In this document: positions 1 to 13,262 of the stretch, one piece after another
Position numbering within the stretch: the stretch's first letter is position 1
Layout: each line of letters opens with the position of its first letter
Source: the human T2T-CHM13v2.0 reference genome, Homo sapiens
Direction: 5' to 3' (one strand)
Assembly: GCF_009914755.1 (NCBI RefSeq)
Contig: NC_060938.1
DNA: 64,000 bases
Translations under genes and position numbers: made by a program
Notes under the pieces: generated by a model
Told to the model about the DNA's origin: nothing
Seen by the model: the letters and a program-made list of their open reading frames with translations, nothing else
Database searches by the model: none

Positions 1-863
1 TTTGAGTTAATAATTAAACTGGGAGAGGTGCATTGCTAACACTGGGAAAACCTAAAGCATATTCACCTGTGAGAACAATTAGCATTTTTCTTATATTTGA
101 AAGCATGATATAGGGAGATATGGTTAAAATGAACTTCAACTTTAGTTGTAATTTTTCAGAAATTGAAGACTTAAGGTTGCCATTGCTTTTGTGATTAATT
201 TACCTACTGCCATGCCCTGAAGTCCTTCACCAAATCTATAGGCAGAAAGAAAAAACAACCATACAAATCGACAAAATGTTTTAATCGAATAAGGAAAATG
301 TAGCATTTGTGAAGATGTAAGAGGGTTGGGGGAGAGGGTGGCATGAATATGCTGACTTCCATGTAATTTCATGTCCCCATGAACTCTTCTCAGGGGTAAA
401 GCAAATGTTTTCATTATCAGAAACATAGTAAATACCAACATGTTAGCAGATGAAATTACTTACACACTCTATGAAGCATAATTCTTGTTTATATTTTGTT
501 CTACAGTATAAAAAGAGAAAGTCTGTCAGGAAAGAAACTAAAAATGAAGAAAATATGAGTCTTGTCTAACTGAGAAGCCTACCAGTATCAGGGCCCAACA
601 TTCATCATATTAAAAATTCCAATTATGAATCCCTCAATTCGAACCTATCTTTTTAGCATACTTTTTAGATAATTTTGTCTTACTTTTTGGTTTGAGTGGA
701 CCATGATCAGCTATCTCTAAGGCCAATTCTAATATCCTGTTAAATTTTTTAGGGAGAGGTTCCAAGATGGCCAAATAGGAACAGCTCCAGTCTACAGCTC
801 CCAGCGTGAGTGACACAGAAGATGGGTGATTTCTGGATTTCCAACTGAGGTACCAGGTTCATC

Positions 864-1190
864 TCACTGGGGCTTGTCAGACAGTGGGTGCAGCCCACGG
901 AGCGTGAACTGAAGCAGGGTGGGGCATCGCCTCACTGGGGAAGCACAAGGGGTTGGGTAATTCCCTTTCCTAGGAAAGGGAAGCCGTGACAGACAGTACC
1001 TGGAAAATCGGGACACTCCCACTTTAATACTGTGCTTTTCCAACTGTCTTAGGAAACGGCACACCAGGAGATTATATCCCGCGCATGGCTCGGAGAGTCC
1101 CATGCCCACGGAGCCTCACTCACTGCTAGCACAGCAGTCTGAGATCGAACTGCAAGGCAGCAGCGAGGGTGGGGGAGGGGCGTCTGCCAT
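864..1190 (-). pseudogene. L1 antisense ORF0 homologue with premature stop
   Basis: ATG at 1190 reads MADAPPPPSLLPCSSISDCCASSE*, with TGA at 1118-1116. The track ORF 864..1109 (GLSEPCAGYNLLVCRF...VGVSRFSR) is the in-frame continuation and resembles ORF0. Confidence 0.75.
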
Positions 1191-1764
1191 TGCTGAGGCT
1201 TGAGTTGGTAAACAAAGTGGCCGGGAAGCTCAAACTGGGTGGCTCCCACTGCAGCTCAAGGAGGCCTGCCTGCCTCTGTAGACTCCACCTCTGGGGGCAG
1301 GGCATAGCCAAACAAAAGGCAGCAGAAACTTCTGCAGACTTAAATGTCCCTGTCTGACAGCTTTGAAGAGAGCAGTGGTTCTCCCAGCACGGAGTTTGAG
1401 ATCTGAGAATGGACAGATTGTTCCTCAAGTGGGTCCCTGACCCCCAAGTAGCCTAACTGGGAGACACCTCCCAGTAGGGGCTGACTGACACCTCATACAG
1501 CCAGGTGCCTCTCTGAGATGAAGCTTCCAGAGGAAGGATCAGGCAGCTACACTTGTTGTTCTGCAATATTTGCTATTCTGCAGCCTCTGCTGGTGATACC
1601 CAGGCAAACAGGGTCTGGAGTGGACCTCCAGCAAACTCCAACAGACCTGCAGATGAGGGTCCTGACTGTTAGAAGGAAAACTAACAAACAGAAAGGACAT
1701 CAACACCAAAACCCCATCTGTACGTCACCATCATCAAAGACCAAAGGTAGACAAAACCACAAAG

Positions 1765-2385
1765 ATGGGGAGAAACCAGAGCAGAAAAGCTGAAAATTCT
1801 AAAAATCAGAGCGCCTCTTCTCCTCCAAAGGAATGCAGCTGCTCGCTGGCAATGGAACAAAGCTGGACAGAGAATGACTTTGACGAGTTGAGAGAAGAAG
1901 GCTTCAGACGATTGGTAATAACAAACTTCTCCTAGCTAAAGGAGGATGTTCAAACCCATCGCAAAGAAGCTAAAAACCTTGAAAGAAGATTAGACGAATG
2001 GCTAACTAGAATAAACAGTGTAGAGAAGACCTTAAATGACCTGATGGAGCTGAAAACCGTGGCACGAGAACTACATGACACATGCACGAGCTTCAGTAGC
2101 TGATTTGATCAAGGGGAAGAAAGGGTATCAACGATTGAAGATCGAATGAATGAAATGAAGCAAGAAGAGAAGTTTAGAGAAAAAAGAGTAAAAAGAAACA
2201 AACAAAGACTCCAAGAAATATGGGACTATGTGAAAAGATCAAATCTACATCTCATTGGTGTACCTGAAAGTGAGTTCATGTCCTTTGTAGGGACATGGAT
2301 GAAGCTGGAAACCATCATTCTGAGCAAACTATCGCAAGGACAGAAAACCAAACACCGCATGTTCTCACTCATAGGTGGGAATTGA
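1765..2385 (+). pseudogene. Disrupted L1 ORF1 N-terminal half fused in frame to ORF2 C-terminus
   Basis: ORF1 frame has stops at 1933 (TAG) and 2101 (TGA). Track ORF 2146..2385 runs from ORF1 (QEIWDYVKRSNLHLIGVPES) directly into ORF2 (EFMSFVGTW...SLIGGN*). Confidence 0.9.
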
Positions 2386-5199
2386 ACAATGAGAACACTT
2401 GGACACAGGGTGGGGAACATCACACAGTGGGGCCTGTCGTGGGGTGAGGGGATGGGGAGGGATAGCATTAGGAGATATACCTAATGTAAATGACGAGTTA
2501 ACGGGTGCAGCACACCCACATGGCACATGTATACATATGTAACAAACCTGCACGTTGTGCACATGTACCCTAGAACTTAAAGTGTAATAATAAAGAAAAG
2601 AAAGTCAAATTTTAAAAAAATTTTATTAAAGTGCATACTACTCTTGTTTTCCTGAGCCACGTTTTCTACAGCGATCTGGCTTAAAGAAAAGGCAATATGT
2701 GAGAGGACACCCTTTAGTCTTGTCTTCCCTGGACTCCCCAGCATGCCAGATTCCAGGGTGGATTTGTAGTCCATTCCTGGTACTGTGTGCCCCTTTCCTC
2801 AGGTGTTAGGCTCTTGGTTTTCCTGGCTTTGCCCTTAACTTCAGACAAACCATCATTATTAAATAGATGTTTCTGAACATTCTAAGTTTTGGATTCTGTA
2901 CAAGACGGTAGCCAAATAAATAATTTGTACATTGCTTGAGTTTGGGTATTTCTGTGGTTGGATAGTTTGGAAATTTAAGAATGTCGTTTGAGCAATATTT
3001 TGAAATTGAAACCAGAAAAGGACTTCAAAGCACCAATGTAAGTATTCTACTTTTCTAAGAAAATGGTTTGTAATTTAGGATTTGCTGTTAAGTGTAGATG
3101 AGAATTGCTAGCTTACCTGAGCCAGCTGCTACCACTTCATTTTATGCTCATAATAATGAAGTGAGAATTTTGGCAAGTGAAAACTGTTGTTTAAAACCTA
3201 AGAGGCTGAAAGCATCTCTCCAACAGTGTATTCAGGGCCAAACCTAATGGTTTACAAACCAGATGATGAGTGTGTACATGTTATGAATTGCTGCTGTATG
3301 ATGCCTTCCTAGGTTTTGTATACAAAGTGGTGAAAGTTTTCATTCTACTAATGTGATTCATCAATACAACAGATGAGATGTTTGAAATATTGCTGTCATT
3401 TCTAATGAATTCATAAGCTATTATTCAATTCTCTTTTATGCTACAAGCCCAGCTGAGATCCCAAGAGTTTGTGTTTAATCAGACACAGTACATGTCTATC
3501 TTTCACTAAACATCAGGATAATGACCAATATAATTTTTCAGAAAAAAACAATTTCTTAAGCTTGTCAAGTATGATTTAAGGAGACCCAGTTTATTTCCTT
3601 AGAAGAGCCAATTTTTATATAAACTCTTTTACACTTTCTATTCGTTATTCGGTATAGTTTGACTTCCCTTTGAGTATAATCAAAGAATAGCAGGAATAGC
3701 TTTAACGCAGTCCCCAAACTGACAAGAAGCTATAGTTGATAGCATGAGTGAAAGCAGAAAGATTGGTTTTAGAAAGAAAACATAAATGGTGTTTGAATTG
3801 AACTTTGAGGCTGAAAGAGAAAGAATTTAGAGAACAAGTGCCAGTATTAATATCTTCCAAGGAAGGCAGCTTTAATTTGCATTTAGGTACCAGTCAGGGA
3901 TAAGAATTGCTAGCTGGTCTGAAACAACGGATATAATCATATTTTATACCAAGGGTGCCCATTGTCATCCTGACACAAAACCTCAGGTTTTTCTCCTAAT
4001 TGACTGAAAGTGCTGTCATGTTTCTTTATGGTCTTCTTTCTTTTTTTTCTATGAATTTTCTTCTCATTAGGATCTAACTGGAGACCCTTGTTTTTCAGGG
4101 TCAAGCCACTGAACTGACTGTGCACACATTCTTGGCTTAGTTACCTGCAAAGTACCTGGAAGTTGCAGTTAGTAACAAATTCAGCTTCTGCAGAATCATG
4201 CAAAGGGGAGTGTCTCTTACTTTCATTACTTTTTTTCTTTGGAAAAAAAAATGGCTTCATTATCTGGGAACAGAAAATAAACTTTGAAGTAGGTCTTATT
4301 TGGTGGTTTAATATCTAACAAGATTATAGGGAATCTTGTTTTAAAAATATGGTCCAGCACCAGGAATTTGAAAGCACATTCAATTTCCATTCTTTTTTTA
4401 AAAAATTTCTTTGTTTTTTCCCATTGATATCTCTATTGCAAAAGGAAGACAAAAGGGGACAAAACTCATTTAGAATGAATCTATCTATCTTATTTATCTA
4501 TATCTTACATATGGCATTTTCTTTAGCTAGTTGCTATTTAACGCTTTAATGATTTAGATTTTTGATTTAGAATAATTCATATTTTTATAGATACTTGATT
4601 AAAAACACAACAAATATAAACACATACTACAATAGACAACATAATAAATGAAACTGTTGCAGAATGGGATAACCTTGTGTGTTTAAATTTCTTATAACCA
4701 AAAATATTTCTGATGTTAGCACTTGTAATTTATGTTTATTGGTTTTTGGAATCAATGTGATAACCTAAGTCTACATTGAATCTACCTGTCTCCAAATTTC
4801 TCAATAAGGTAACTCAAACAACACCTATAGCCACGTGCTAAATATGCATATTTCTTCCACCACAGATAATTATAGAGGGGTCCTATCAATAGGTTGAGCC
4901 AAAGAGATGAGAATTTATTCCTATCCACTAGAGCACCACTGCCCCCCTTCTATCTAGCACATTTGATGAAAAGTCCACCTGCAACCGTGGTTCTGTCTAC
5001 TGCACCCATAAGAAAACCATCTGGTAACCCCTCAGTCCATGTTTTAGGGCAAGCAGTTTCTGTCTGGTACAATCATTGAAGAAACTGGTAAAGAACAAAG
5101 GAGAAAAAACAAATGCATAAGTTAAACCCCACATTATGGGAGATTAAAACTAGAGAAAAATGGGGCATGTAAGTTTGTACTAATAAATGCAAAATTCTA

Positions 5200-5940
5200 A
5201 AAACTTTTCTAAAATATAGATTCAAAATGTAAAAAGTAAATGCTATAAGAACCACAAGTAAATATGAGAGAATATTTTTATGTCTCAGGGTGGTAAATGT
5301 CTTTTTGAGCATAACTCCAAATTCAGAAGCAATAACAGGAAAGATTTACAATAAACTATTTTTAAAAAGCAAAAGCTTCTCCATGTCAAAACATACAAAA
5401 GTCAAAAACAAGCAAAGAGCAAACTGGTGAATTCTTTTTGTAGCACACATAAGGCTCAAAATGTTAATCTCCTTATTATATGAACCATCCTTATTAATCA
5501 ATAAGAAAAACATTAACAACCCAGTATAACAATGGGCGAATTACATACACAGAGAACTCAGAAATAAATGACCAATAAACAAATGAAAAGATGCTCCAGA
5601 TTGTTAAAAATCAATGAATAAAAAAAAAAAACCAACTATGAGTGATCAATGCTTCCCCAGGCAGGTTGAGAAAGAATTAAAAGATAAATAGTATCAAATA
5701 TTGGAGAGGATATGGGGAAACAAGCACTTTTATGCCCAGTATACATTAGTATAAATTGGCCCACCTCTTCTGGTGAGCAACTATGTAATGATTCAAATAT
5801 TTAAGTATGCACACTCTGACTTAAAACCACAAATTCTAGAAATTTATTATAAAGAAATAATCAACAAGTTAAAAGGATATTTACTGTAGCATTGTTTTTA
5901 AGAGTAAAAATTAGAAACATCTTAATCTCTCGATAGGGTT
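5200..5940 (+). mobile_element. Old L1 (L1ME/L1M-type) 3' ORF2 fragment
   Basis: Degenerate L1 motifs: aaatgaccaataaacaaatgaaaagatgctc, tattggagaggatatggggaaacaagcact, ttctagaaatttat. Confidence 0.7.
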
Positions 5941-5946
5941 TGCTTT

Positions 5947-5988
5947 TATATATATATATATATATATATTGTATATACATATATATAC
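5947..5988. repeat. (TA)n microsatellite
   Basis: Direct reading. Confidence 0.9.
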
Positions 5989-6040
5989 GTACATAATTTG
6001 TAAAAAATGAATTTGAGTTATATATATGGATAACGATAAA

Positions 6041-6222
6041 GGACCAATCCGGCCTGCTGCCTATTTTTTGTTAATTAAGCTTAGTTGAACTCGTGCCACA
6101 CCTATTCATTGACTCAATGGGTGTGGCTGCTTTTGTGCTCAAAGGTAGAAATGAGTAGTTACGATGGGGACACAAAGCCTGTAATATATATCTGGCCCTT
6201 CACAGAAAGTCCCCAACTCCTC
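6041..6222 (+). mobile_element. MER58A-like hAT-Charlie MITE
   Basis: aatccggcctgctgcctattttt...ggctgcttttgtgct...tatctggcccttcacagaaa matches MER58A as recalled. Confidence 0.75.
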
Positions 6223-6294
6223 TTCTACTGATACAGTTTACATTGTTGTTATATAGCAAAAACAAAAACTAACTATTTTTAAACAAATATATAT

Positions 6295-8905
6295 ATGATA
6301 TCTCATTTTATTGCACTTTGCGTCATTGTGTTTTTTACAAATTGAAAGTTTGTGGCAATTCTGCGTTAAGGCTATTGGTGCTACTCACTTCATGTCTCTG
6401 TGTCACATTTTGGTAATTCTTGCAATATTTCGAACTTTTTGAATATTATTATATCTGTTATGGTGACATTTTCATCAGTGACCTTTGATGTTGCTATTGT
6501 AAAATGAATTTAATAAATGCTATGTGTGTTCTGACTGCTCCACCAATCGTTCCCTGACTTTCTCCCTCTCCTCAGGCCTCCCCATTCCCTGAGACACAAT
6601 ATTAAAATTAGGCCAATTTAATAACCCTGCAATGGCCTGTAAGTCTTCCAGTGGAAAGACGAGTTGCACATTCTCACTTTAAACCAAAACCTGAAATCAG
6701 TTAAGCTTAGTGAGGAAGGCATGTTGAAAGCCAAGATAGGCTGAAAGCCAGGCTTCTTGCTCCAAACAGTTATCCAAGATGTAAATGCAAAGAAAAAATT
6801 CTTGAAGGAAATGAAAAGTGCTACTCCAGTGAACAGATATATGACAACAAAGCAAAACAGCCTGATTGCTGATAGGGAGAAAGTTTTCGTGGTCTAGATA
6901 GAAGATCAAACCAGCCACAACATTCCCTTAAGCCAAAGCCTAATACAGAGCAAGGCCCCAACTCTCTTTAATTCTGTGAAGACTGAGAGAAGTGAGAAAG
7001 CTGCAGAAGAAAAGTTGAAAGCTAGCAGAGGTTGGCCCATGAGGTTTAAGGAAAGATGCCATCTCTATAACATAAAAGTGGAAGGTGAAGCAGTTAAGGG
7101 CTAATGCAGAAGCTGCAGCAAGTTAGCCAGAAGATCTAGCTACTAACACTGATGAAGGTGGTTTCACTAAACAACAGATTTTCAATGTAGATTTTAAAAG
7201 CCTTCTATTGGAAGAAGATGTCATCTAGAAATATTATAGCTAGAGAGAAGTCAATACCTGGCTTCAAAGCTTCAAAGGACAGTCTGACTCTCTTGTTTGG
7301 GGATAATACAGCTGGTGACTTTAAGGTGAAGTCAATGCTCATTGACCATTCTGAAAAACTGAGGGCCCTTAAGAATTACATTAAATCAGTTCAGCCTGAG
7401 TTCTATAAATGGAACAACAAAGCCTGAGTGACATCACATCTCTTTACAGAATGTTTTACTGAATAGCTTAAGCCCACTGTTGAGACCTACTGCTCAGACG
7501 AAAAGGTTCCTTTCAAAATATTATTGCTCAGTGAAAATGCACCTGATCATGCAAGAGCTCTGACAGAGATATACAAAAAGATTAATGTTGTTTCCATGCC
7601 TACTAACACAACATCTATTCTGCTGTCAAGGAATTATTTCAACTTTCAAGTCTTATTTAAGAAATACATTTCATAAGGCTATAGCTGCCATACACAGTGA
7701 TTCCTCTGGTGGATCTGGGCAAATAAAATTAAAAACCTTCTGGAAAGGATTCACCATTCCAGAGGCCATCAGAAACATTCAGGATTCATAGGAGAAGGTC
7801 AAAATATCAACATCAACATGAGTTTGAAAGTCAATTCCAACACTTATGGATGACCTGAAGGGGTTGGAGACTTCAGTGGAGGAAGTAACTGCAGATGTAG
7901 TGGAAATAGAAAGAGAACTGGAATTAGAGGTAGAGCCTGAAGATGGAACTGGATTGCTGCAATCTCAAAATAACACTTGAATGAATGAGGAGTTGCTTCT
8001 TGTGGATGAGCAAAGGAAGTAGCTTCTTAAGATGGAATCTACTCTTGGGAAAGATGTTATGCACAATGTTGAAATGACATCAAAGAATTTAGAATATTCC
8101 ATTAGCTTAGTTGATAAAGCAGCATCAGGGTTTGAGAGGATTTACTCCAATTTTGAAAGAAGTTCTACTGTGGGTAAAATGCTATCAAACAGCATCTCAT
8201 ACAACAGAAAAATCTTTTTTTTTCTTCTTCTTTTAGAGACAGAGTCTCCCTCTGTCACCCAGGCTGGAATGTAGTTACATGATCTGGGCTCACTGCAACC
8301 TCCGGCTCCTGGGTTCAAGCAATTCTCCTGCCTCAGCCTCCTGAGTAGCTGGGGTTACAGGGGCATACCGCCATGCCTGGCTAATTTTTTTTGTATTTTA
8401 GTAGATGGAGTTTCACTGTTTGCCCAGCTGGTCTTGAACTCCTGAGCTCAGGCAATCCACCTGCCTCAGCCTCCCAAAGTGCTAGGATTACAGGTGTGAG
8501 CCACCGCGCCTGGCAAAAACTCTTACATGAAAGGATGAGCCAATCAATGGAGCAAATTTAATCCTTAAAAAAAAAATGCCACAGCCATCCCAACCTTCAG
8601 CAACCACCACCAGGATTGGACAGCAGCCAGTCAACACTGAGGCAAGACCCTCTAACAGCAGAGATTACGACTCACTAAAGGCTCAGATGATTATCATTTT
8701 TTAGCAATAAGGTATTTTTCAATTAAAGCATGTACATTATTTTTTAGACATAATGCTATTACAAACTTAGTTGACTACATATAGTGTAAACATAACTTTT
8801 ACATGCAATGGGAAACAAAAAAATATGTGTTACTCACTTTATTGTAATATTTCCTTTATTGCAGTGGTCTGGAACACAACCCACAATACCTTGAAGGTAT
8901 GCCTG
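6295..8905 (+). mobile_element. Tigger1 (TcMar-Tigger) DNA transposon, near full length, transposase decayed, interrupted by an Alu
   Basis: Right end ...gaaggtatgcctg (Tigger1 TIR). Track ORFs 7218, 7585 and 8032 are transposase fragments ([56 protein letters not shown]). Confidence 0.93.
8215..8514 (-). mobile_element. AluS inserted in Tigger1
   Basis: Full dimeric Alu, poly-T on the left, imperfect TSD aaaaatctt/aaaaactctt. Confidence 0.93.
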
Positions 8906-10829
8906 TTTGCAAATATTCTAGAAATCTTTAATAAAACATCATAAGTGAACTTACCTGAATCTGTCTTGGATGTTTAAATATTCTGAAATACCTTTGGATC
9001 ACTGATCTGAACAAAAGTTTTCAACATAGATGTCACCATATGAATGCAAATGTATACTGTAGTGCAAAGATGCAGATGGTATACATGATAAAGCGGAATC
9101 TAAACTCATTTAATAAGTGAGAACATTTTATTTCATTGCATTTCCTCTACAGAAAGATTTTATATACTTTGCTTCTTTATCTTAAAAGTTAAATGGAAGA
9201 AAATTTAAAAATTTGGATTAATACATTAAGAACATGTTGTTAAATATGTATGCCAGAATGTATAATACAACATCTAATCTGAAAATGGACATACTCTTCT
9301 AGTTAATTTTCTATTCAAGCTGTTCTATTAAAATAATTATTCTTTCTTAAGTATAGTAAAATCTTAAAATGAAATTCATAGACATGTTGATATGTATGAC
9401 TGAATCATCACCTAATTGAATGCAATAACTTTTTATTATAATTGACAAGATTGGAAGTACTGCAATTTTATTATAACACATTTTTATTATAATCCTTTCT
9501 GTTATAGCCAAAACAATTTCAGAATGGTCTAGTTCAGAAGTAAAAAAAGAAAAATTAATGCAACCTCATATTTTTAATCATTCAAGAGCACCTTATTTAG
9601 TCACATACAGCTAGTCCCCTCTTGCATATTTTCTCGCTTTAGGTTTTTAGAAGGAAAAAGCTGACATTTCTCTCCACGAAGTTTCTTTCCCAGTAGGCTA
9701 TCACTAATGTCAACAAAAGCAGCAGGAGTTCCTCTGAAGATTTGGAAAGAGCAGTTGAATAGGCAAGAATGACCCCTGTTTGCTTAGAGTAAAATGAAGT
9801 GTTTACCTCTATATCCAACAGTTCTAGAGAATTTCCTGGAGGAAAATTATGCTTTAAATCAGTACTCTTCAAATGCTGTCCCTTAGGACACTAGAGTCCT
9901 GTGGTAGTGCTTCAGGGGCTGTTCAAAAACTTTAGTTTCTTTAAAAATATTTTAAAACTATTTTTAAATCCACAATTAAAATCAAGTATATATCTATGAG
10001 TTTTATATCACATTCTGATGCACTGGAGAACACCAAACCCCTTTGTTTGGGCTCCTCCTTCATTTTTGTGCAGACTTTAAAATAAAACTCCTCCTTCCCC
10101 CCACCAACCCTGCACATACTTGAGTATTAGAAATGTGTCATCACCTGGGAGAATTATAGTTCTGCATTGTTTTTTAAAATTTAAATCCAGATTGATGTAT
10201 GTTGATTTCTGCAAAATTTAGGGAGTGCTCATTGGTCACAAGGACACTATGCATGCTAATTGGAAGTTTTCTGCATGCGCCTGTCCATTCTTTATAGTTT
10301 TCCTGCATTCTTCTGGGTATCATCTTTCATGTTGACTGCTGGAAGTTGTTAAAGCAGTGACCAAGACTTATACTGAGGCCTTAAGTTGTTCATAGGTCTC
10401 CATCAGAGCTCTGAGCTCCAAACAAGATGCTCAGGTGAGCAACAGTCATTTGAGCAGTAATAAATTCATCACATACTACATTGTCACATAGGTAGCTTGG
10501 TATGAATTAGGAATTCTGAGCACCTTCAGTCATACATTTATATTCAGAATAGTAATGTCAATCACTTTTGTAATGATTTAACTGAATAAAAAATTGTCTT
10601 CTAATCTTGTTTCAAGTTCCTAGATTAGTTTAATTGAAGAGCAAACAGAGGGGACAAGGTAAGCAGCTAAAAATTACCATTTGCAAATACTTATTTGTAT
10701 GAAATAGAATTTTCTCAATATTGTTCAATCTTCCCAAAATCTTTCCTGATCTATTCCCCTCCTGGCCCCCAGTGAAGTTAGACACCTTTTCCTAAACCTA
10801 TTTTTCTGAATTCTGAACATATTTTCACT

Positions 10830-11000
10830 ATGATAAAAGGAATGTGGCCTTTGGAATGACATCAACCTCCCTAATCCCCACTACCTGGCCTTAAGACTTT
10901 GGTTAATTATTTATCTTTTCAGAACCTCAGTTTCCCTAACAGCAAACCAATGCAGTTGTGAAAATGGAATGAGATTATTATATAAGTAGTGTAGCACAAA
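10830..11000 (+). mobile_element. MIR fragment
   Basis: cctcagtttccc core and gttgtgaaaatggaatgaga. Confidence 0.55.
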
Positions 11001-11200
11001 AAATGTTATCTTTCTTTTTCTTTTATGAAATACATAAAATTTTCTATGCTTTTGGAGAATCTTTTCTCTGCCCTGTTAAATTATAAGCTCCTTGATAACA
11101 AAGAGTATTCACCCATGTACCAGTTTTCAAAAAGTAGGCACCCAATGTTATTTATTGAAATAAAATAGAATAAGTGGATTATGGTAATAAAAGTCAATGT

Positions 11201-11508
11201 GATTAATTAATTAATTTACTTAATTTTGAGACAGAGTCTCACTCTGTTGTCTAGGCTGGAGTGCAGTGGCTGGATCAATGCTTACTGCAGCCTCAACCTC
11301 CAGGGCTCAAGCAATCGTCTCACTTCAGCCTCCCAAGTATCTGAAACTACAGACGCATGCCACCATGCTCCGCTTTTTTTTTTTTCTCCTGCAGAGATGA
11401 GGTTTCACCATATTGCCCAGGCTGGTCTTGAATTCCTGAGTTCAAGCAATCCTCCAGCTTCCACCTCACAAAGTTCTGGGATTATAGGCATAAGACACCA
11501 CACCGAGC
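11201..11508 (-). mobile_element. AluJ
   Basis: Diverged dimeric Alu (cagcctcaacctccagggctcaagc). Confidence 0.9.
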
Positions 11509-11743
11509 ATGGTAGTTTAATAGGTACGTTTCTTGAATAATAAAGTAACCCTCATAGTCTGCATTGTAGTTTTCTTCCCAAAAATTGAAAATAAAACAAT
11601 TTGGACTTCTCACACTTCATAACACATATAGGAAAGGGTGATAAATAATAATAGACTATAACTCTTAGGGAGAATATTCAATTTTTACATATCAGCAACT
11701 CTCATTTCATAGGAATAATAATCAGGATTTGCCATAAAATATT

Positions 11744-12006
11744 GACTGGGTACAATGGCTCATGCCTGTAATCCCAGAGCTTTCTAAAAGCTGAGGCAGG
11801 AGGATCGCTTGAGGCCAAGTGTTGAGATCAGCCTGGGCAACATAATGAGACCTCATCTCTATAAAAAAAAAAAAAAATTTAATTAGCTGGGCAAGGTAGG
11901 AAAATCATTGAGCCCAGGAATTTGAGGCTATGATTGTGCTGCTGCATTCCAGTCTGGGAGACAGAGCAAGACGTTGTCTTAGAAAAAAAAAAGAAAAGAA
12001 AAGAAA
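11744..12006 (+). mobile_element. AluJ with deletions in the right arm
   Basis: tggctcatgcctgtaatcccag...gacagagcaagac plus A tail. Confidence 0.88.
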
Positions 12007-13146
12007 TTTTACAAGGCAATAAGTGCTTGGAAGAACTATAACAAAAACCTCACTTGGTTTTTGTTATAAAACAAAAACTAGATTTATAAATGTTTTTATA
12101 AATAAAACAGTCAGTATTCTCTCCTTAATAGCACTTTGTATTAAAATATAAATAAAAGTAGTATTTTATTTTCTCTCAAACTAGAAAACCATTGCAGGAT
12201 TGTGAGAATTCCTGGTGGATTAAAACTGGTGTGTGAATAAAAAACAAAAGTAAACTTAGTGTCTAATATTTCTTTGTTCATTGTACTATTTTCCCAATAT
12301 TGCAAGTTTAAAATTTTTGAAGAATATTAAAAAAGGTAAAAAAGTAACACTTATGATAGGTACCTCAACTACAGTTACATATATTATTTAATTCAGTTTT
12401 AAAAACGGAAAATGAGGAAATAAATTATTTTAAGGTCTTACAGTTTATTTCAAACTCAGAGCAGACATAAAACACAGGTCATACGAATGTGAAACACCTA
12501 GTTCCCTGACTGTTCAAAGTTAAGTTGGGAAACTTCTACAGCAGAGAGCCATTGCTCAGTAGGCTACACTGATCCCCAGGCTTGTGAGAGACATAAAATG
12601 TTGATAAGAGTCAAGACATGATAATACCAGTACCTTTTAGGAAAAGTTGTGTTTACTGAAGCCTGTAATGAAGGAGAAAATAAATGGCACTTAAAACATT
12701 CCCCTGCCCTCCAGAAGTTTATATGTTAAAGAACAATTGCATAAGAACGTTTCTATTATTTTTATCAACAATCTTTTCATGTTCTTTTAATTAAACTAAA
12801 TAACCATAATCATTTGGGGAAGTATTCGTGGGAAACAGCATTAAAAAATGAAAAAAAATGATTCTGATACATGAGTTCCCTTTGTACTGAACAACTGAAC
12901 AGGAGTGGGTTGGAAGCAAACTGAAAATAGGACAAGAAGGTGTTAAGTTCTGGATGGTGCTAGAAATTCATGTAGAGCAGCTCTAAAGAGAGTGGTGGAG
13001 CCCAAGGTACCTGCCCCACTTCAAGTGTTCTTAGCTTCTTCCTCATTTTAAAAGTTCAAAACACATTAGGTCATATGTGAAATGTGGCTGGTTTTGCACA
13101 ATATAAGGTCTTGTGCCCATGTACCATAATACATTAAAAGTTGAAG

Positions 13147-13223
13147 TTCAAGATAAAATAAATAAATAAATAAATAAATAAATTTCAAAATAAATATCTT
13201 GAAATTTATTCAAGATAAAATAA

Positions 13224-13262
<39 letters not shown>

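Larger units (their letters stand above)
752..2604 (+). mobile_element. LINE-1, L1PA4-6-like, internally deleted (full 5'UTR + half of ORF1 + last ~110 nt of ORF2 + 3'UTR)
   Basis: Starts GGGAGAGGTTCCAAGATGGCCAAATAGGAACAGCTCC (L1PA 5' end with YY1 site). 5'UTR is ~1.01 kb. ORF1 ATG at 1765. Junction at 2271-2273 into the ORF2 end (EFMSFVGTWMKLETIILSKLSQ). L1 3'UTR and A-rich tail follow. Confidence 0.95.

Noticed and set aside
2261-2280. L1 junction as a spliced retrocopy (SpIRE)
   Set aside because: The GT is retained, the would-be acceptor is purine-rich and the product would differ by one base; microhomology fits better
7218-8274. Domesticated TIGD/CENP-B-like gene
   Set aside because: The transposase frame is fragmented by stops and frameshifts and interrupted by an Alu
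8956-9146. Candidate minus-strand exon ending in a perfect donor
   Set aside because: All three frames of the long version contain stops, and the short version encodes nothing recognisable. A single 9-mer is expected by chance.
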